From Psammoneis japonica (lineage: Eukaryota): a DNA stretch of 52,993 nucleotides. Positions 45,602 through 52,993 of this stretch are shown one piece after another. Position numbers and translations under genes: made by a program. How positions within the stretch are numbered: the stretch's first letter is position 1; each line of letters begins with the position of its first letter. The notes under the pieces were generated by a model. It was not told the DNA's origin. It saw only the letters and a list, made by a program, of their open reading frames with translations, and made no database searches. The stretch is from contig QPGO01000217.1 of the NCBI GenBank assembly GCA_008632985.1, forward strand, positions 62,001 through 114,993. Direction: 5' to 3'.

Positions 45602-47816
45602 TGATGATCTGGCGAGCATTGCTCTCAGAGTTGACCTGAGTGCAAAGATCCCCTGCAACTGCCTTGGCAGTGGCAAGCACATTGAGGGAGCTCTCTGGGA
45701 GCTTCATTTTGTGCAGATGTGAGTTGAGTGCAGGGTCATTGCTTCTTGTGCATTCAGGAACCCTGCTGCCATCTTGTTTCCAAGCAGTGGCCCCAACAAC
45801 CACAAGCTTGCTGACTGTCACATGGCAGCCTGGTGTGAGCAGTCAAAAGCTCACCCCCAGCCCCTCTGGGATGTGCTCATTTTAGTGTGCTGGAAGTGTG
45901 TGTTGCCCGGCGCAGGCTTGGCTGGCAATTGAGCAACAGCACTGTCAAAAACTGGTGACACACTGAGATGCCAGCACATGTCAGGCCAGTGGCATCTCAA
46001 CACATCATCAAAAGTGAAAAGTGTGGAACCAACTGAGTGCAGCTCATTTTTTCCTGCACTGATCTCTTTGTGGTGCTGCTTGAGCCCAGTCTGCTGTGTT
46101 GTGCACTGCTGTCAGGTCCAGTTCGGCACTGGCATGGGCCTGTGCATCAATTCCACAACACACCTCAAGAGAGTCTGCTCCCAACCAAAATCACTTGATG
46201 GTTGGTTTCACACATTTGATGATGCACTAAGATGCCACCAGCCTGACACATGTGCACATGTTGGGCCAATCGCATCTCAGCAAGTGTGTCATCAAAAACA
46301 GATCTGCATTTTGGGGGGGGGGGTGCTCATTGGTTTCTTTCCAAAGTGCACCCGCCTGGCTCCACAGCCTCTGGGTTTTGACCCCAGTTGCCGTGCACCA
46401 AATCGTCTGGAATGTGAGTGAAACCAGCTGCAACATGGTCCAGGGTGTTCAGCCACTTGAGGAGAGCTTGATCTCCTGGTGTGCTGGCAGCAAGATCTGT
46501 TTGAGCTGCAGGATCTTCAAGATTGTCCTCCTTGCTGTGACTGAGGACATCTTTTGAAAACCACTTTTGCAGCTCAGAACACCACAAAATTTGCTCACCA
46601 TCTTGGGTGCTGTGAGTGCAACATTTTGCAGCTCTGCAACCACAGGAGTGCTGACAGCTCCAAACTTTGATGTGGACGCCCTCTGCCACAAAAGGTTCTT
46701 TCGGTCTTGTGTTTGAATGTGGGCACTTCATTGAGCACCATGCAGTCAAATGGCAACACAGGCAGAAGCACCCAAAATGCTTTTCCAAAGTGTGACATTG
46801 CAAACTCCATGCTGTTGGGTGAGCATCAAACTCCTGATGGCAAAACAAGCTGAGATCATGGAGACCCACAAATCCATTGTTTGCACACAGTGCAAAGCTT
46901 TTGTTGCTGACTGGGGCAAAACAGAGAGTCCTGCACATGCCACACCAATGGGTTGCAAGTCAAGCAAGCTCATGTTCCATTGTCAGAATGAAGAGCAAGT
47001 CAAGGCAGCTTCAGCAATGCACCATCGGGTGGCCCATTGTCATTGAGCATCAGTGGAGCAACAATGGGGTGACTGGTGTGGTTGCCAAACTGTGGATGCC
47101 TGAGGGTTGCAAGGTGTTTCTGGGTGAACACACAACTCTGCTGAAACAAAACAGAGCTGGAAAACAATCCTTCATTTCCATCCAAACCCTGGGGGTTTTG
47201 CACATCAGAGATTACACAGAGTGATGCTTTGAACAATGTCCATGACATTTTGTGGACTTGGAAATGCAAACCATCAACTGGTGGTGCAAAAAGTTTGCGA
47301 TTGACTGGCCAGAGGTGAGAGTTTATTGAGGAACAAATTTAAGAATGAGACAAATGTCAACGAGTGACTGAGAAAATGAGACACTGTGGAGGCAAACAAT
47401 GATTAAAAGAAAAAGATCTCCATGGGGACAAAAAAAAAATCACACCCAGCACGCATCGCATTCGTGCACAACAGTCGTCCGAATACCTGCAAGGGGCTCT
47501 TCACCGATCAGTCAGTAAGTACAGTGGGGCCCTCTAGATTTTGTGCATGGCGTACTCTATTGAAACTCACCACAGCCAACAGTGTGATTTTTGAAGAACT
47601 TGCAACGGAAAAGTCGACGGATAATTCACAGAACGCCACATGCTGTATAATATATGTTGCGACTCTCCGAGCGATAGGGGTCTGCTTCAACGCTTCAATG
47701 TTACATAACAGAAAAAGTATGAGAAAGTAAACTGTTGCCAATAGTAGATTACTCTCCACTCCTCTGGATAGCATTTGCTATGCAGCCAAAGAAAGAGGGG
47801 ATACAACGGATCACTT

Positions 47817-50320
47817 TTAGAGCTTGGAAATCCTTCCGCGCTTCTTTCGTTTGTAGTACTCTTGCACAGTCACACCTAATGCTACGCATTCTTGCAAAAG
47901 GCGGCTCGGTTCAAAGTATGAACTAGCCGGATACTTTTCATGGAAGCATTCCAAGGTCTTGAGCAATTTTGGCAAACCCACCTCCGTGTCGGCCCAGTAC
48001 ATGGGGCCACCTGCCGTATGTCAGTTCAAGGCAACAACGTGTCAGTACATGGTGGCAACGAAGCGGCACATCGAAAGATGACATTTCAACGAGACAAAAC
48101 GCACCTCTCCATACTGGCCAGCCGTAGCCATAAAGGTACACGACATCAATGTCGGAAGGCTTTTGTGCGATTCCTTCTTCTAAAATCTTGAAGCCTTCAT
48201 TGACAAGTGGAAACAAGATGCGTTCCACGATATCTTGTGGTGACGCAACATTCGATGTAGGCGTGGTCGCGTATTGCTTCACAAACTCCGTAACCTCAGG
48301 CGATGGCAATGGCTTTCGCCCCTTGCCAATGTTGGGGATCATAGTCATACCACCCCTTGAAAAGAAAACAAAGCATCGTGGGAATATGTTGGAACAAAAC
48401 AGGCAACAGAAACAATAGCATAAAGCCCAATACGGGCTGAACATAATTGTTCTCAACTCACCTTTTGCGCCTTTTGACCGACACGTCCCAGCTCGGTAAC
48501 CAAATCATCCGCAAGCTCCGTATAGCGGGCGGGCCTGTTCGGGCCAATTTGTTTCGTTTTCAAATCACGCACCACTCCTTTTTCTTTTCGAATAAAGTAT
48601 CTGTTTCAAGGATGGATAAGGCGTGGGCAGAATGTCAGAACATGAAAATGAATAGATACAACTGCGGTAAACATTAATGATCGAATACAAAAATTACTCA
48701 CCCAATGTCATTTCCAGCCAAGTCTGACATGCAAAAGGGACCAAGGGCCATGCCAAAGTGTTGTTGCATGGCCTTGTCAATGGACTCCACCGTCGTGTTT
48801 CCTTCAGTCAATAGCAGAACCATTTCGCTAGTATACGGGTGAAGCATGCGGTTGCCGACAAATCCGTCACAATTTCCTACAGTGACCGCGATCTTTCCCA
48901 TCCTCTTGGATAACGCTTGTAACAGCGACACGGTGTCGCTCGATGTGACATTGGGAATCACAACAATTTCCACTAGCTTCATTACGTGCGCGGGAGAAAA
49001 GAAATGCCAACCAGCACAGCATCCACGACGTTGCGGTCGGACTACGCTGGATATTTCTTGAATGTCTAACGTTGATGTATTGCTCACGAGCAACGCACGC
49101 GGGTTCTGGACGATTTGGTCCAACTGTTTGAAAATCGATTTCTTGATGGACATATTCTCAACAACCGCTTCAACTACCAAGTGAGTACTTGACAAGGGCG
49201 CCAAGTCCACGCTGGTCTTTAAACGAGTCGTTAGTATCTGCTTTTGTCCGAGAGAGAGCTTGCCGCGCTTCACGTACGTATCGAGTGTCTTGAGAATGTG
49301 AGCTTTCCCCTTTTCCAACGCCTTTGGCTGTACGTCAACAAGCCAAACAGTAAAGCCAGCCTGCAGTAAGACCAAGGCGATCCCACTACCCATGGTACCG
49401 CCACCTATGACTCCCACTTCGCAAGGGCGGTCGGACGGCTGCATCAAAGCGTGCCTTTGTAGGCTCTCGGATAAAGCCTTCTTGGGAGCTGCAGCCCGTG
49501 TCGCAAAGAAAGCGTGGCGCCGCGCTTGACCTTGGCTGCTGGCCAACGTTTCAAAGAAAAGCTCAGCCTCACGCTCCATCCCTTGATCAAAAGGTAGCGT
49601 ACACGCCGCGTGAATTGCATCCAGGGCTGCGTGAAGGCCTTGACCTCCCATAGGTAAAGGCGGCAGCTTGGAACGGGTCGCTTCAATCACGGAATAATCC
49701 TCTTTCGAGGCCTTAATGACAACCTTAGAAAGCCTTGGAAGATTAAAAGATCCCAATAGGCCTGCCCACTCAGCCCATTGCTTTGCGCAATCGACTAAGG
49801 ATTGATCCTTATTAGAGATCGCATCGAGAAAGCCAATCTCGAGAGCTTGCTCCGAAGTCAGAGATTTTGCTTTGAGAATTATCTCAATAGCTGACTTTGT
49901 ACCAACCAATCGAGGCAGTCGCTGAGTTCCTCCAGCGCCAGGGATTACACCAACATTAACTTCGGGCAGCCCAATTGTCGCCTTGCTTGATGCGACACGA
50001 AAGTGACAGGCAAGAGCTACTTCACAACCACCGCCCAAGGCAACTCCACAAATTGCACCTACAACTGGCTTGGGATACGCCTCAATATAATGACACAAAT
50101 CTACCAAGGAAATAACGTCAGAATCTCTTCCGAGAGAGCTGAACTCAGTAAGATCAGCACCCGCTGAAAAGTGCTGTTTCCCAGAAAGAACGATTCCAGA
50201 AACAGATGCGTCATCAAGATACTTTTCTAACGACTTGTGTATGTGCTTTCTCGTCGCCACACCCAACGTATTCAGCTTATTCTTACAGCAGGCGCCGATA
50301 TCAATTACTTTAATCGTCAT
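47817..50320 (-). CDS. Peroxisomal bifunctional enoyl-CoA hydratase / 3-hydroxyacyl-CoA dehydrogenase (MFE/EHHADH-like), PTS1 SKL
   Basis: FSAGADL, ALGGGCE, GLPEVNVGVIPGAGGTQRLPRLVG, GGGTMGSGIA, EAVVEN, SNTSTL, HFFSPAHVMKLVE, GFVGNRML; C-terminus RISKL*. Introns 48601-48701, 48356-48461 and 48011-48104; apparent 1-nt indels near 48584 and 48335. Confidence 0.93.
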
Positions 50321-50599
50321 TCTTATCAAACAGATGGAACAGCGGTACGGTTACGATACAGTAGGATGCTGAAGGGCGGTGAGTGAATGAGGTGTTATCG
50401 TCGACCGTCTCTGCGCTGCTGTCTGCGCTGATGCGGCTCTACAGTATGTACAGTAGACTACCAGCGACGTACGTACGTACAGAAGACACCAAGCGGCAGC
50501 CCGGAAACCATCAGCCATCCTCCCCGCTACGGTGCCGTATGAACACATGCTGCCGCCACCGCACCGCTTGGCAAAACATCACAGCTAGCTGAACGATTC

Positions 50600-52993
50600 G
50601 GCTTGACCCATCACGCCTCCACTCCATCACAATGGGGCCTTCAGAGCCTCAGCCTCGCAATCAACAAATCAATTGCTGACCAACTGACCTGCTGCTCCAC
50701 CAAACTGCAACCCCAACTCTCTGACCCCAGCTCGAACCCCATCGCCTTTCCCACCCACATGACTCAGTTCCACCCTGCCTTGCACCCTTGCACCACATCT
50801 GCCCATCCCCCCGCGCCACTGGGTGACATCGCACGTGAACTCCTCACGCGCGCGTGCCACTCCACTGCAGAGGCAGTTCCCCCAACTGCCGTGCCGCCGA
50901 GGCTGGATCGACGTTTAGCGGCATTTTTTCAAACAGCTCGTGACTCCAATGATTTGCTCGCACTTCGCCCGTGTCATTTTGCGATGCATCTGAGCACCCC
51001 CAAACACTTGTGTGTGTGTCTGGCCCCCATCAGGGCTGTCAGACCTTGATGTGAACTGCACTTGCCAACCTTCAAACGCCGGTTGTCGCATTGGGCGCGG
51101 TTGTCATGTTCGACAAACCGCTGTTTTTCGCCAAAATCAGACTGTTCATGGCAGACAAGCCGCAACTTTCCAGGAAAGGCTGACAATTGGCATTTGACTG
51201 GCCACAGACATGTCCACTGTCATTGTTCTAGAGATCCCAAACCCTCGCATTCACTGTGCATGCACTCCATGACATCTTGCGAACGGACAAAGTTCGACCC
51301 ATCGCTGAACATGTTTTTGGCGAACGCGCGCATTGCCAGCAAGGACTGAGGCGAGCGCGTGGCTGCATGAAGTCAGGCGGGACTCACTCAGTCATGCATG
51401 CACACACACCCTCCGAATGCCACTCACCATGAGAGTCGGAGCGGCATTTCATGCTGCTGCCAAACCTTTTCAACAACAGCAGTGCTTTGGAACAGTTTCT
51501 GCCATCATGTGGAAACTGTTTTCATTGCTTGTTTGAAGGCAATTGCTCAATCGAAAGGTCAAAAAATGGATTTTGTAATTGCGCCACCATCCGCTGCTTT
51601 TTTCGTGTGCTGTCGCGATGCAGCCACATTGTGCTTTCGCGACACTGACTCGTTCTTTTTATTTGACACACTCGTTTCACACACTTGTGTGGGGAGCATT
51701 TCAACCATGTTAAAAGCCCCAACGAGGAACACCGGCTCTTAGTTTCATATCGACATTTGAGCCATTTGACTGCGGCCGACATTTCTGCATCAATCGAGGT
51801 GTGGGGCTGTTGCATGTTGTGCACTGTCTTTTGGATCAAGCCAAGCAACGGATGGTCGATTTCATTGACAACATGGATTGTGGTGTGTGTCACTTGATGG
51901 CAGACAATGGCAAGTGTGTGATTTGTGGAGCTCACAACTTGCTGCCGCGAACAATGATGACATTCACCTCGAACGCAAGCAACTGACGACAACACTTTCT
52001 TGCTGTTTTGCATTTTTCTTGCTCATCATTGAAAGCTTCAGGCACTTGTCGCTTCACTGCGGTTTTGCACTGCATTTTTAGCCATCAATGTCCAATCTGT
52101 CATCTCGACTTCTCACGGCAAAAATCGGGATGGATGACATGAATCCAGGAGGAGGTTGGGGTCGGAAAATTGGCCAGCCGGTGGTTTTGCAATCTCTTGA
52201 CGGCAAGTGGCACTTTTGTGATGTGAAACTCCACTTTTTTGTTGAGACGTGTGCTAAAAAAAAATCTTTGCTCATTGTCCAAAGCTGCCGACACATCCTG
52301 CTCGATCAGGGACCCTTCCTGATCGGGCAGATTCGGCAGCTTGGGACTCGGCAATGCCGGATTCATGTGCGCAAGTGCTGTCGTCTCCTCCCCCTTCTTC
52401 TCCATTCACAGGTTGGTGTTGAGCAGATTGGGCAGCTTGGGACTCGGTGTCACCGGATTGGCGTGTGCGAGTGCTGACACGAAACAAATCTTTCTCGTGC
52501 GTTTGCTGCCAAGAATGCCGCAGGATTTCACACGGCAATTTGACCAATGATTTGCACGGGGACACAAAGCAAAAGAGATGCTGAGCATTGGAGATGCGAT
52601 TGCTTTTCTTATTCTTGATCTTGATGCTTTTCGATGCACTCATGACATGCACCTCGGCACCGGGTCATGGAGCTTCTAGATGGGGTCCGTGTTCGGGATG
52701 CTTTTTCAATTCGGCATTCATTTGTGTTGCCGTGACATCTTTGTCCACACCCCGCAGCTTCAATTCCATCAACCAAGCATCAGCACTAACCCAATGCCCA
52801 ACATGATACGACGTTTTCCGTGGCTTTGTCGCGTCGTCGAATGCTGCGTGGATCGTTCTTTGTTTTGGTGCCATTTCATTGAATCGGCTGCACCCAATGC
52901 ACAAAGTAGACTAATTGGGTGCAGGTGGTTCGTAAACACTGATCAGGTGCAGTGAACATTGTTGCTAGCAAAAGTTATTTGCATCGGCATGCC
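50600..52993. other. TpA-depleted, CpG-retaining repeat-like domain with degraded ORFs and a ~55-bp tandem duplication (52325-52380 / 52421-52476)
   Basis: TpA is rare while CpG is common; GCAGATT.GGCAGCTTGGGACTCGG..CCGGATT..GTGCTG occurs twice. No family recognised. Confidence 0.5.

Overview
Eukaryotic genomic DNA, most likely from a pennate diatom. This is inferred from short GT-AG introns, a CoDi-type Ty1/copia element, a PhoX-like phosphatase, a double-bZIP factor and ASAFAP-like presequences. The window alternates between two sequence states. (1) Gene islands of normal composition carry a secreted PhoX-like phosphatase (runs off the left end), a Kelch-repeat protein, a two-bZIP transcription factor, a CPA2 cation/H+ antiporter, two hypothetical proteins, a CPPED1-like metallophosphoesterase, a GAF-GAF-double-cyclase protein and a peroxisomal bifunctional beta-oxidation enzyme ending in SKL. 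(2) Repeat/TE domains (~1.1-14.4, 15.4-17.3, 20.7-23.2, 31.5-33.1, 36.6-47.4 and 50.6-53.0 kb) have lost almost all TpA dinucleotides. The main finding is this repeat-restricted, both-strand TpA->TpG/CpA (A-to-G) hypermutation, opposite in direction to fungal RIP. It converts conserved Tyr codons of a full-length copia element (8440-16307, 276-bp LTRs, GTTCT TSD) to Cys/His. It hit the two LTRs independently after integration, precedes CpG decay, also affects host-gene fragments and stops near intact genes. Most short Cys/His-rich, Tyr-free ORFs in the track are artefacts of lost TAA/TAG stops. All counts and family assignments are by eye; no searches were run, and novelty against the literature is unverified.
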